Shown in pieces: positions 13,001 through 27,721 of a stretch of 64,000 nucleotides of DNA. Position 1 is the first letter of the stretch, and every line of letters starts with the position of its first letter. The DNA is from Schizochytrium sp. TIO01. Taxonomy: Eukaryota > Protista > Bigyra: Labyrinthulomycetes. The stretch spans positions 992,001 to 1,056,000 of the forward strand of contig SMSO01000008.1 of the NCBI GenBank assembly GCA_004764695.1. The letters are read 5' to 3'. The translations under genes and the position numbers were made by a program. Below the pieces are notes generated by a model. It made no database searches. It had not been told where the DNA came from and worked only from the letters and a program-made list of their open reading frames with translations.

Positions 13001-16000
13001 ATGCTGACAATAGCAACAATATCTTGTTGGGGAGTATAACCTCAAATCGAATTTTGTACGGGCGAGATCACTGTCTAACCTTTAAAGTCTGTGACATGTA
13101 ACTAAAGTTCCTTGGAACTTGCTAACTCTGTATTGGGTGACGACGAGCAATGCGAGTCGAGTGATCTGCACACGAGTCTTTGTCTAAAGCTTTGAAAAGC
13201 CTCATGATGATTCCGTATGTTTGTCTACTCCGGTGAAAATCACCCTCATGCTTTTAGACATAACAACAAGTACCATAGATACAAGGAGTCCTGAGGAAAG
13301 CTTGTGTACACAGCAAGCCATATACGCGATCTGTTGTTTGTGCTATCGCCGCCGAGCACGTATGATTAATAGGATCGATATTTGCAGAAGCGGGATAGTG
13401 CTAGGACTCCTGCAACGCCGGCTCGTATCTCGTGAACAGGCTTGCCGTTCGTGAATCTTCTGAACTATGCCTCATACTCCTCCTCTAAAAGTAGCTATGA
13501 TGGCACTAAAGTATCATTTGCTGCAGACCATATTTTCACGAGGCTCAGCATGTACAGTATAAACGGTCGGCTTGGAGTCTTTGGAGTCCTGTTGCCTGTG
13601 CTTGCATCTGATAACGATGATTTTAGACCTGATAGGTGCCGCTCACGCTGCCACGAGCTCGTTTGAGTCGGTAAACGACGAAGAAGCTTCTTCTATTGCC
13701 TGTTGTGAAAAAAAAGTGCTACATTGTATTAGTATGAGTATTAGGAGTAGCAGATGGCGTTTGAGCTTCTTTTCGCTCTAGTTATTAGGCGATGCCCCGG
13801 AGCACTAGTAGTAGACTCTGTAGCTGGAGGACGAACCCAGGGAGTCGTGAAAGTAAACTGCATGTGCTAATTGGTGAAGTGGTTCTTTGTACAAAAGAAA
13901 CAGCTAAATAAATTATCCAGAAGAATTGAGTAGTAGTACTACCTTAGTAACTTGTATGGAGAAGCGGCGTAGAACCGTGCGGATCGAGGGACTTGGAACC
14001 AATAAAATAACTCTACCATGTGCGTGGCCTGAAGCGAGGCAACTTGCAATTTCACGGGACCGAGATCGTCGCTACATTGGGTGCCTTAGTGGATGTTTTG
14101 CTTATCAACTATCTGTAAACAGCACACTGAGGGAGAGCAAGCCGCATTGTTGTTGCTTCTTTGGTCAGCCATCTGAAACATTACAAGAGAGACAATAAAT
14201 CCATTCTTCAATGTGGTAGGAAAGGATGTCTCTTTTAGATGCGAGAGGTGGGTTAGGTTTTTCTCAGTTCAAAGACTTCACAGAATTGAGAATTTTATTT
14301 TCAAGTGTTGAGAAGATGGAAGCGTAGCGCCCGAACACGATAGACCGGTTGGTAAAATGTTTGGCAAACTTATTTACCAGTGCTGCCTGGGCATGCACTG
14401 AATTAGCCTTTTGGCAATTGCTGGTGTTTGAGGAACTTTGTCCACCAGCCCGCCTGAATAAATAGAAAAGGTCGACTAATACTTGAATATAGAAAACTAA
14501 AGAACCTCAAGTCACTGCTCATTTTTTGAGGAGAAAGAAAATAAACATATGCTTTCAAATTCTCTGCACTGACACTATTATTGAAAAGAAAAAATAAGAA
14601 AAGAAAAGAAGAGAAACCTAAAATCTAAATCACTCATTTCCTTTCCCGAAAGGAAATGTAGTCCATGGCCGTCCTTGACGCAAACCTTTGGTACGCGTGC
14701 TTGCGTAGGATATCCGATTAAATTACGCAAGAGCCTACGTCCTCCCGGAGCTACTTGAGTGTGACGGAGCAAAACTCTAGTTGCCACGAGCTTCTCTTTT
14801 TAACTGTTGTCCAGGACCTGCAGGGAAAACACAACTCTAAGAGGAAACTTGCTCTTGCCCAGCTCTCAATACATTTTAGAAAGTGCAATGCATTTGCAAA
14901 TTGGAGAATGACCAAAGAAATTAAAATTTAATTCCTGGGTAATATTTGGCTAATAATACCCTCTACGCATTAAATATTTGCAAGCAGAAGAGCCACTTAA
15001 TTGCTCTATCGCCTAGCATATTTTTGTCCGAGGGTGAAGTCTACGTTGATAACTTGCTCTCCTGAGAATTGGAAACTTTGTAGCACCTTCTGCTGGAAAG
15101 AAAAGAATGCAGCGTGTCCATTGTCTCATACAAAGTAGTTATGAAATCCTGTGCGACTTCAAAAACAGCATATACCTGGTTTGATCAACATAAGACTCAG
15201 CGGCTCATTTTCTGGGGATACATTAATATTAAACCAACTACATTGATTGTTAAACACCTATGAGAGATCATCATCATGTCTTGCAGTTGCTTTATATGTC
15301 CGATTTAAATCGCGAAAGATTATTTCAATTAAACCACCTTCAAATTTTAGGCCACCATGACATCAAGGTTTCATCAATTTCGTACGTACCAGAAAAGTAG
15401 AGAATACTAGAACTACTTAGTGATTGCACTAGCAGGGGAAATAGTGCTACTAATGAAATACCCAATTGGCTGTTTTCTATAAAGGATATGAAGCGGACAA
15501 ACTGTTGAAACGCAGCTATCGAGCGATTTACCGCTCTTGCGAGCAGACGAGCAGTAGCTACGAGCGTGGGCGAGCAGGCACCCCGCCAAGTAAACTGCAC
15601 GAGGTCTGCTCGAGAACGCCGGGCGAGCAAGAGGTCGGCGGTGCTACGAACTAACTTTTAGCTCTCGGAAGTGCTACAAATGGTTCGCTAGCCATTTTAA
15701 GAAGCAGGAAGGAGCCGCCTATTCATAGCACTTCCCATTCGGCTTTACGTCGCTTCGCTGACACTGTAGTTTGTCTTCTAAGAAGCATAGGTTAAGGAGG
15801 AGACGGCGCAAGGGATGCAAGATGCTGAGTCGGCCGATTGATTGTAGCTGCGCATGTGCGATTCAGTCTCCGCACCCAGACAGAGGAATGAAACAGAAAA
15901 AAAGAAAAAAAGAGTAATAATGTTTATTGATAATGTAGCAAACTACTCAAATAGCTTTTTCTGTCTCTCCGGAGACTCCTGTAAACCCTTTTTAATCTCT

Positions 16001-16122
16001 GCCTCCTCTTATTTCAAAATTACATCTTTGAAAGTAAAGAAATATTATTTCTTAATAATGTATTTTAGTAGTAGTACTTTAGTGATGAATAGTAAAAAAA
16101 ATGCATGTTAAAGCAGCAATTG

Positions 16123-16485
<363 letters not shown>

Positions 16486-19400
16486 TAAAGACAGAGTGTC
16501 AACATATTAATAGTCAAGGTAGAAAGGTAGCACATTATTTTTGCATATTTCTCCGCCTTAGAGTAGGACTCATGGCTCCAGTTGTAGCTCATAGCTCTCA
16601 TAGTCTCATTTGTAGCCACAAGTGAAGATCAATCCTCAAGCAAAGGTAGAGAAGTCGTAACTATGCAATTCTCTTTTTCTTTGTTAAGTTTTTATTTTTA
16701 ATTTAAAATTTATATACTATAACACACTTATTTCTCTCGCTAAGTCTATTAAAGAGAAAAATAAAAGTGGTAATACATTCTTTAATGCGTAAGACCCCTC
16801 CACCCAAAATAACCTCGGGCTCGGCACTTTTGTTGCGCCCAACCTTTTGTTGAGCCCAACCCTGCGATCCATCAGCAGCAGAAGCCTGTTTAGAACTAGT
16901 ACTTTAGGACTAGTACACACTACGCTTGCTTTTCTTTTCTTCTTAATTCATAGAAAGAAATCCCATGCGGCCGCTAGCTCTTGCGCATCAGGGAATTTAA
17001 GGCGTCGCTTGACGCCAGAAGAGCCCAATCTTTCGTTTGGATTACGTATCCTGAACTGCCACGCGGCAACCGACGCCAACAAACAAAAAGGAGGAAAACA
17101 CAGCGAGATGGCCTCTTGGACCTTGGGCAGATAACATAGGATCCAGCAACACTTCGCGGGGTCTTTCTTTCACTTTATCTTCACTTTAAAACGTTTTTTG
17201 TTTCAAGTCATCATTAGATAAATTTCGATAATTGATTTTTATTTGATTTTTAAAGAAAAAAGAAAAAAGAAAAGACCAACCTGAAATATGCAGTTAACTT
17301 TAATAATTATAGAATGTAATATAATATATTAAGAGGTGGAAATTAGCAACTAAATCATTGTACGAGGCGTGGAAAGTTGAGTCATGGCTTTGGGGAATGT
17401 AGCATCAAAATGACAAACCATAAAAAATCAGGACAGATGCAAACAACCACTACTGTATAATGCCTGCTGTGCTAGCGAAGATTGGACCGTAAAAGGAAAG
17501 AAGCGATCTTGCCTACAGAAATGTGCGCGTAAACAGAAAGATAATGATGGGTTACATACGCTGTTTACCTATGGTGAAAATGCGGTCGTGGCTAGCCCTA
17601 GTTTCAACCATTTCTCACATAGGCACCATCAATTACGGTATGCACGGTAGTTGAATTGATTCAGATCCAACGTGGACATTCACAGCTGGTAGTCTGGGTT
17701 TGTGAGCATCAGCTGCTTTGGCTAATCACAGGACTGCGTCAACAACATTTTTTCAAAAAAGTTTCCACAAATTGTTTTTAGTAGGTGGTAATGACTCCGC
17801 AAGGAGAAGAGAATTGGTAGATTTACTACGATAATGTACAGAAGCAGGAGGGGATCATTCCAATGGCATTACTAGCTGATAGTAAACCTAGTAGCCGTCT
17901 CTTTCCTAGCTAGAGGCTCTTTCCGATTGTGTAATGAACAGGTCTCGCAGTTGAAGTTGCTTGAGACTTGGAGGCGTGTTGCTCGTTTAAACCAAGGCAG
18001 AACAGGGTTCATCTAGCATTTGCTATTGCTATAAGGAGTTTAATACCTACGAGCTTTGGACCTCGCACCACGATGGTAGTATTACAATCTTGGTACTCTA
18101 AGAAAGCAAGAATTTTAAGGAAATTCTCGTTACTTTGGCGGCCGTGCGTCAAGTGTCGTAATTTCACGGTGTCTTTTTATGTTTGAGCGTTTTCCATGCA
18201 TGCTTAGATTGTTATGTTTGTACTCATCAAGAGGCCAACAACTCTAGCCACCAGTTTGTATCATGGATACGATGGTAATTTCAGGTTTTGATGAGTACCC
18301 TTGGCTTCGTGACTAATTTCTATATTTCTATTTTAATAAAAAAAAAGAAAAAAAAAAAAGAGTTCTCTGCCTTCTCAAATGAAATGCAACATCCTGATAA
18401 GATAGAACTTGTTATTAAAAAAAGTAAAAAAAAAAAAAGTATGTAAGGCCTCAGTCTGCAACATATTTTATAATTTTTATTTTAAAAGTGAAAACAAAAA
18501 GCTAAATTAAAAAAGAACAAAAAACAAATTGGCTGTAGCCATAGAATAAAGCGAATGAATCGATCCGCCTGGTGCTGCTATAAGCAAAGAGTAAGCTGTA
18601 GCTTGTACCGCTCTCTTGGTATTTGCGTCCTCTGCAGCTCAAAGTTTCACGTCATCATCACGACAAAACAAATGGCGGAAGGCTTTGCGCCCCACCCTCG
18701 CCACTATCGCCGCTTCTCGATGGGTCCTGTTCATTATTTTGCCCTTAAAAAAAGAAGGCATACCCCTTCTTGATGACGAGACATGACGCGTATGAAAACA
18801 CAGTAGATTGTCTTGGCCTCAGGCACGAGCGCGAGATGGGCTCAGAAAAACACAGGGCGTCATTCCTGCAAGACGTCGGCTTGGAATGATGATGGTATAG
18901 TCAGGAGACTCTGGAGAGTGAACGTGGTGCTACAAATCAACCTGTAAGTTTTGCGAGGCAGCTTTCGTAAGTTACTTCAATTACTTGAAGTCTGGTTATT
19001 TTTATTTTTATTTGTTGTTGTTGTTGTTGAAAAAAAGGAAAAAAAAGGTTTTATAACACTCTACAAAATAGAATAATAAATACATACGCAGCTTGAAGTA
19101 GGAAGGTACCTTACTTGAAGTTTCGGATTAAAACTACCAACCAATCCTTTTATAGAATATGTGTCAATAATTTTTCTTCTCTGTAACATTACATGGGTTG
19201 ACTGGATTAATCTTGTTGGCATGGAGAACGAACATCGAATACCTACTGCGCTAATAGCTCTATCCTAACACTCCCTGCAGAGTAGTTAGTATACGAGGAT
19301 TTGTCATTTCCACAAAAGGTTTGCTTTGCAGATACCTGAAGTTCTTGCGATCACATGCGCGCTAGAACGTTGCATGAGGGCACAAGCCAGCCAGCTCTCT

Positions 19401-21109
19401 GCCTCGACCGAGCCTGCTTTTTGCTGCGTGCCGCTTCATGCTACGAGCTCAGTCTCAGAACCTATAGCCGGCAGCTCCCTCGTAAACCCTAGCGAAACTA
19501 AGCGCCTTTGCTCTGTCTTTGCACGTTTGGCTGTAACTTGCGTCAAACCTGCGCTACACGTACGTAGCTGCTGGAGCCCGTGCTACGGTACCTGCGAGCA
19601 GTAATCTTGCCAGGGTTAAGACAATCCAATTTGGCGGTAAGCATGAATAACACCCTTCATGAACACGGGCGCTGCTACTACCTGGTTCTTCATGATACGC
19701 TGTTTCGCATGTTGGTCATGTCACTCACTCACTGTCCGTGGCCAACTTGAGCGTGGAAAGGAAGAAACTTGAGGGTGTCCCAGAATTGATTGCGGTGTCG
19801 CTCGTGCTGTGTCGGTCAGGGTCCAGTTGCTGCCTAGGCTTGCGAAGGAGGTGGGCGGGGCCACGGCGTCTTGTGGAGAGAGTCTCCTGAGTTTCGCGCG
19901 CGAGCGCTGTTCGACGAAAAGATGCCGCCGCGCCCGCTCTCCAATCCTCGCAGGCCCGAAGGCTTCGATTCGTTAAACACGGCAAATTCTTAACCCAAGC
20001 CGAGCGAGTCCAATGCCAAGACGGAGTGGAGTCACTCTGTTTGGCAGCTTGGATGAAGATGGACGTGTCTGCGTATGGAGAGAGGTTTCCTAGCGCCCAA
20101 TCCGAGAGATCTTGGCGGACCTCCTCGGCTGAGTCGTCAGAAAACTTGAATGCTTTGACGCCACGCCGCGCCTGTAGAAGAGGCAAGTTTGCGAGTTTCG
20201 AGGGCGTTCGGGCCAAACGCACGCCTCTGCGGACAGAGCACTCTGGTCGAGCGAGTGTCGTCTTGTTTGTTTTCGGGACTTCGCGGTAGCATTTTCAATG
20301 GACAAGAGCGTTGTGCCACGAGCGATGGGTACGTTGAAAGCAAAGGTCTGCGAATGAGTAACACCAACTTCCCTAGGGCTATCAAGTTTCTAGCGCAAAC
20401 GTTCGAGTTGTTCGCTGCGGTCTGACTGACTCTTGAATTGATTGAAATGGTTGGCTTCGTTCGTCAGAGGCACACGAACGATCTTTATGTTCGACTTGGG
20501 CAAACCACCCAAGTACTACAACAGGTACTTGAAAAACTAGCTGGCAAGAAGAGTGAGTACCTACGCAAGAGCACGGCTCTGAGATAGTCGCAGTTTCACA
20601 TCTCAACATGCATGCAGAAATAGGTTCAGGAGCACGGTGACAGACCTATATATAAACAACATACCTGCGATTCCTGATTGGTTGACCAGACAGACAAATG
20701 TAGCACTAAAAGCAAACACCACTTACCGACAGTTCGGCAAAAGGCGAGCACGTCGATAAGAGCAGCCAATGGCCGCACTACGGCTTGAGCAGAGCGAATC
20801 GATTGTCTGTTATTTCCGCTTGTCGCCGTTCGAAGTCCAAGCTTCTTCGTGCCATCTGAATTTGTATGATTTGGCATTCAGCGCGCGAGACCTTCCGTTT
20901 TCCTTCTTTCGATGTTTCTCACTCATTTCGCTTTATTGTTATTTTGTTATATTCTTTTTCTGCCTCTTTTCTTGTTTTCTCCTTTTTCCTAGTTTCTTTT
21001 ATTTAAAAAACAAACAAAAAAAAACTTTCAAGTTCACTATTTTTTAATTTAAAAAAGAAATGTTTTTTAAACTTGAGTCGGGGAGTTGGTTTATTTTCTT
21101 TACTTGTAT

Positions 21110-21295
21110 GCTGGCATTCATTCATTCCTTCATTCATCCATTCCTTCCATTCATCCATCCTCCCCTCCATCCCTCCCTCCATCCATCCATAAGTCAATCA
21201 GCCATCAACTCTTTGAGGTCGGGCTCCACTTGGAGAGCTGCTTTTGTTTTTCTTTCCCGTCTTTGAACAAGCAAGCAAGCAAGCAAGCAAGTTGT
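21110..21295. repeat. Compound (CATT)/(CCAT)/(GCAA) microsatellite cluster
   Basis: cattcattcatt..ccatccatccat and caagcaagcaagcaagcaag tracts. Confidence 0.8.
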
Positions 21296-22004
21296 GAGAT
21301 ACAATCGCAAACCCAATTTGCCCAAGCAAGCTAACGACTAGCGAGATGGTCCTCCTAAATGGCCAGCTAAAAAAGCTGGCTAGCTAAAAAAGAAAGCTAG
21401 CTCTTGCCTCCTTTCTACCTGCTGCATTCAGCGAGCCCCAATTCCTGCAGAATCGAGCTGCACTTCGACTCTATGAAGGGGAGAGCTCGCCATCCCGGCA
21501 AGCTCGAGCTTCGATTCGGAGGAGGGGGAGGCGGAGGCGGAGGCGGAGGCGGGTGCCAGGAAAAGCAGCATTGCCACGTTGTTCCTCAGCTTTGTCTGGC
21601 GCTCTGGTGCAACTTCGTTTCTTCTTCAAGTGCTGCTACCGTGGCTTTTCACTGAGGGCAGTGATGAGAAGACTGGCGCGAGAGGCATACCGCCAGCTAG
21701 CGCATTCCCTAAGCCCACTAAGTGTAGGTACCACCTGCGTAGGTAGGTCGTACCTACGAGAAGAACTATAATTGGAGAAAGAAGAAACCACACCAGGGGT
21801 CCTAGTGAGCTTTAAGTGGATGCTAGTGCGACCTGCTGCTCGTGCACTCGTACCACGAGCTCCAAAGACTCCTCGGACTGCACTTCAGGTCGCTCGAATT
21901 ATAGAACACTCGTTCTCTCAATCAATCACTCAGTGCGCTAGGCTAGCTGGTCGAGGCGTTCATTTCTGGGCTTGGAGCTGGCCGGCTGGCCCAAGGACCT
22001 CTCG

Positions 22005-22080
<76 letters not shown>

Positions 22081-22105
22081 TAATCAATCAATCAATTAAT
22101 CAATC
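22005..22105. repeat. (CAAT)n microsatellite
   Basis: About 25 near-perfect CAAT units. Confidence 0.97.
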
Positions 22106-25100
22106 GAGCGTAGGCAGCTCAGACTTGCGAACTCTCGCGAGTTTCTTTCTGCCTGTTCTTGGCAGGAAATGAGAGTCCACAGCTGCTCACGCTAAGAAAG
22201 AAACAACAAAGAGGAACGCTATGAAAGAACCAAACAAAATAAAAACAATCGGCTGCGCTCCTTGCTTAATAAGGACATGGCCAGCAGCAACGTGACTACT
22301 CATGATGGCTCGGGGTGGAAATACCTAGGTGGGTATCACATCCCATTCCTTGCAGCAAGCAACAAGAGATATCGCGAACAGACGGCTTCTTCTTTATGTA
22401 GGCTTTTTATCTGACTTTTTATTGGTACGTACAACAAAAATATTTATCAGAAACAACAGAAAGTAAAATTGTAGGAAACTATACACTGAACTCGTGCACG
22501 GACTTCCTTTTCTTTCTTTTTGCCGGAGTATTCACTTAAAGTTTTAGAAATAGAATAGTTTAAAGTCATTTTTTATTTTAGTAAAGTGCGAAATTAAAAA
22601 TAAATGGTCGCATTCTGTTGTTCTGTATCTATTGCTCTTTCTTTTTTCCAACTATCTTTCACTCAAGGGAGCGAAAGACGGGACTAAAATAATGCTACGT
22701 TTAGGATTCAGGATAGTCCACCGACAAAAAAACTTTGGACATTGTTGATATCATCGAATTTATGCGCTGCATACGCATCGGTGCTGTCGGATGATGCTCG
22801 CTCTCATGTTCGTGTGGCCTGATTAACTGCTCGCCTGCTCGCGCGATTGCTCGTTCACTCTTGCGATTCGTTTGCGGCGCTGAGTTAGACAGAAGCAGGT
22901 GACAGAAGCCAGATTTGCGAATGTTGGAGAGCTGTTTCCATCGCAAGAGCCGGGGCGAAGGCAAATACTACTCCAATGAATGTGGCACTCTCGGTGGCCG
23001 CAGAGTGGTCATGTGATGAACAACCCTTTTTAGTAGTAGGTGCTTTAAAGCAGAAGGAGCAGCTCCAGTTGTAGCACCTTTTCGATCCCTTGGAAACAGG
23101 AATGCAAACGGGGCCTGATGCGCAGCTGATTTTGCGAAGAGCTCAAGCCTCCCCTAGCGCAAAAGGGTCGGCTGCTGCCCCTGCTCAATGACTGGAAGCG
23201 ACGCGACTCGTGCTCCGGGAACTGCTCTCTGGCGTTGCTTGCTGCTCGCAAGCTGCGACGGCTACGGCTGTTTTTGCATATTTTGCAAAGATGGATAAAT
23301 AGAAACCACCAAACTGACTGACTTACTGACTACTGACTGACTGCACTTCTCTAACAAATAAACGATGTGGCTGAATCACTCAGTGACCGACTGATCTGAT
23401 CAAGCAAGAGCTCGTGGATCAGGCGATTACTGAAGGCGTGCCACCTCCTCCTTGTCGTGAACTAAGTCGTGAAACTGCATCCCTGCCCGCATACCTCGCG
23501 AGGAGGTAAGCTACAAGCTCAAGAAGCTTGGCCCAACTCCATGGGAAACAGTGAGTGCGAATTTAAGAAAGAAAGAAAATTTAAAAAAGCTTGCCTCTTT
23601 CCTCTGTACACAGTTTTTTTCTTTCTTTAATAGATTAAAACTGTTCAACTTGGAAGCAAAATTATGTATAGATGACCAAAAAAATTATAGGAAGGCATTT
23701 TTTATTCAATGTTTAATTTTAAGAATAAAATTGATAATAAATATATATATGTAAAAAGGTACTGAAAAGAAGAAAAACAATTGAAACAACTTTTTTAATG
23801 AGGTTGTTGCCGTGAGCCAACTGAGTTTTCGCTAGTTAAAGGATAAGGATGCTGGAGCGCAAGCCTGATGTTCGGCGTAGTGCGGGCTGTCGATCATGCC
23901 TAGTGTTATCCTAATAATACATCAAAGAAAAGAAAAACCTGGCTTGTCTTGAATCCTGAATCTAATTTAATTTGGGAAAACCCATTAGGCATCTTTGTAG
24001 CAGTGTTCTAGCTATTCTTCCATGCAACTTTTTGTAGCAAGCGCGACGACGGCGCTGCACCATTTAGAGATGATGACTTCAAAAGCAATCCTAAGCATGC
24101 TACGACAGGGCCACCATGTTTTCCTTGCAGGGATAATAAGACTTTATACAGTTTAAAGCAATACCATCAGCGTTTAGTTCCGCCGAGAGAGACTTTGCCA
24201 GGGACATTGAAGATTTCATGAAACATGGATTTCGGATGTGGATCCATCTAATCCTTTCATGAGAGTCTCGAGACTGTAGTAGCATTTTCACGCAGATAAA
24301 GTACGCGTTGGCTGCTACGGATCAAATTCAACTCGAGGCGGCCCGTATGATAAATGCGGGCGTCGGCAGATATATACTGCTAGCCTAAGATGATTTGTCA
24401 ACTACGTTTCAATCTACTACCAGTATCGAATAAGTTCCGACGATACCACGGGGCCGCGCACTGTGCTTAGTAGATAGAATTCTTTTTCTCCTCTTGAAGT
24501 TTCATCTCTTTTGTTCTTCCCAAAGGATCCAACGCAATGACAGATCTGCCTCCTCTGTGCAACATTCTTATGCTGGAGCGATCAAGCGGCTTTTGCAAGC
24601 TATACTACAAAGTAATTTTAAAGAGATTACTCACTTGAAATCTCAACATGGATGGTGGACCTTAACATTGTTTAATGATCTGCCCCAACTTCTTTACTTC
24701 AATTCGCTCGAGTGAAGGGTAAGCTTATCACTTTGCTGATATTTCAAGTGAGAAAATCAGATGCGGCATGCATAGTTCTCCATTTTCTTCCCATCCATTG
24801 ATGATGCTTCATGCTACAGAGCAAAGGACTGCCATTCTCTCCATAGCACCGCCAAACAACACAATGCAGGCCGATTGATTGCTATAGATCAATCCCACTT
24901 AAGGTATACGAGGATGCTCTTGTTTGAAAAGAGCCCCTGCTATGTCAAGTGGTATATGAGCCCCTCTTGTCCCCCCATTCACAAAAAGCTTGTTGCCCGA
25001 GTTTCTGCGTCCTCTCGGCTGGCGAGCTACTTGCTACAACTATGTGATTGATGCTACAACTTTTCCTCCGCTGCTGCCAGTCGCAACCCCTTTGCATGCT

Positions 25101-27186
25101 CGTTGTTTTGCTGCTGTTAGACGCTATTCAATGCAACTAACCTCTAGGTTGATTTTTGTAGTTTCAAGATTTTAAAAAAGGCATCATGACACAACAATCT
25201 GCAAACCATCTGGTTCTCTTCAGGGAATCAAGAACAATCAGCTTGGTTAAACGCAGAGCAAGCTTGAGCCGCCAGCGGCAAAGGGGGCTGGCTGGCTGGC
25301 TGGCTGGCTATGGCTTGCCGATTGCTCAAGTCGTCTGGCGAACCAGAAAGTTGGGAGTCATTTGGCTGCCAGGCAGACCGGACGCGCGAGCACCTACGAT
25401 TCGCAAATGGCGGTTTCCACAAGTGTCCACGACGGCACAGGGCCAGGGTCTTTTGCATTGCCTCTTCGCCGTGAGTCGTGACTCATGAGCCTTCGCCGTC
25501 GTAGGACCGTGATCTTCTCATGTTTACATTTCTCTTTTCTGTCCACTCGAAGTGCTACTTACTAGCCGCAAGTTACTCATAATACTTGTTGGGCATGATA
25601 GATAAGATATACGTGTAGGTAGGGTTGGCTGAGGATGAAGTGGCAGTGGAATAGTTTTTATTCATCCCTCCCATGCCCAACTCATGGGAAATGTGGATAT
25701 CAGAGCGATGCCCATTCTCAGGATGTTTCGTCCGTAGATAATATAAACATCTTCTGAGTTTTTCATCTTATTACCATCATTACTCAAAGTTTATTTCCAG
25801 TTATTTTTATTTTATTTTTTAATTAATTTTTAAAAAAGTGATTTTTATCCTTTCTTTCTTAGACTTTTTAATACTATTAGTTTTCTTTTAAAATGAAAAT
25901 GAAAAAGCTGCATAAATAGCTCCTTTCACAAAACAGATGAGGCCAGTCTAGGGAAGTCTTGGATGTAGCAGTTGTGCAGGCCTTCCAAACGCCAGCAGCG
26001 CAGACAATAATGAGGGTCTGGCGATTATAATGCTTGATTTAAAGAATGAAAGTCGCTCCTTCAGTTAGTATATGAGGTTTTCAAGACAAAGCGGGCTTCT
26101 TTCTGTCGCTTCTGTCCTTCGCTTCTGTGCTTTTACCGTGGATCCGGGAGGCTCTTGGGTCTTCACTGCTTGTCTGTGGTTTATGGAGCGTTAGTTAGCC
26201 ATCCACTTAGCTGCTTGTCTCAGTCTCTCAATCCGCTGATCTTCAGGTACTTGCTTACCGCCAATGTCCGGAGCATAATTGCGATAGTGACTTAACCCCA
26301 GACGCCGTCGAGCCGAGCCGGACAGTCATCTAATCAGGCAAACACAGAAGAGATGGCTCAAAGCTTTTCCTCGATATGCCTTGGGTGTTAAGTGGAAAGG
26401 AAAACATAAAGACAGGTTCGTCGCCCACCCAAAAAAACTGCGACTCTTGGAACTCCCATTTTGAGAAAGCTGGAGGAGACACAATAAAGGAGTAGCTCTG
26501 CCGAGAAGCCTCCACGTTTCCTATTATAATTTCTCCTGAAAAGTTTATTTTGATTGGATAAAGCCTATGAATTGATTTGCTCGCGGTGCCTAAGGCTTAT
26601 TTAGTGAGGTTAGAAAAAGCGCATTTCTGCCACGAGTGCTTTCCTTATTTTGTCATTGGCGTTGCTTTCATTTACTGCTACAATCTCCAAACTGTATTAT
26701 TTTATTTTTATTTTTATTTTGAATATATATGAAAAATTATATATATTCTCAACATATGTATTTTTTAATGAAGAATTAATTTATTATAAGCGTTGGGGCA
26801 TGATGTTAAACTAAAAAATGCTTGGAGCAAGAGCGAGCAGAGGCGAGCAAGGCGAGCATGTTTCTATGTTTGGGTAATGTGAACCATCCCCCAATTGCAG
26901 CAGAGGGGAGAGAAATTGAAGTGCTACCGTGCTACCAATACTCCCAAAGCGCTTGCAGCATACCTCCTTTGATTGAATGAATTCTTCACTTCGGACATGC
27001 CGTATGCCGAAATGGAAATAGGGAGAATGGACCATTAGAAATGTTTTGTATGATGATTATCATTTTAACTGAAGCCATTACTCTGCTTTTAAAATTTAAT
27101 TAGTAGATGTATGTATCATTTTGAAAGAAACTATATAAACGTAGCAGAAAAGCAAGAGTTGCAAAATGATTTATTTATTTATCTCC

Positions 27187-27188
27187 TC

Positions 27189-27247
<59 letters not shown>
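27187..27247. repeat. (TCTG)n(TC)n compound microsatellite
   Basis: Directly visible. Confidence 0.95.
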
Positions 27248-27721
27248 GTGTTTAAAATAAAAACATAAATAAAAACATAAATAAAATTGTAACTTTAACT
27301 TTAAAAGGGAGAAGGAAGTAGAGAGTTGACGTGAGTGAAGGTCACCAGTTAACGCAAGACTTCTTTTTCCCTTCACGTTGTTTGTTTTTCTTTCTCTCTC
27401 TGTTTCTGGGGGGTCGCCGTCTATTTTCTAATTGCCTAGACGTCCTTAAGAGGTACTAGGCTCTAGGATAAACATTTTCTGCCGAACGAGCAGGGCGCGA
27501 GCAGGAGCCGAAAAAAGAGGCTTCGCTTGGCAAAGCAAACCCGAAACCAAGGTCACCCCAAACAACAATCAAAAGCAAAAGCACAATCTGCAAAGTCAAG
27601 GTCTCGTACCCTGGAGCAAGCCTTTCGCTAAAAAAATAAAAAGAGAAGATCTTGCAGTAGTCAAGTCACATTCCCTTCTTGCATTTCGACTCCGCACTAA
27701 GGAGGGAGCGACCCCAAGCTA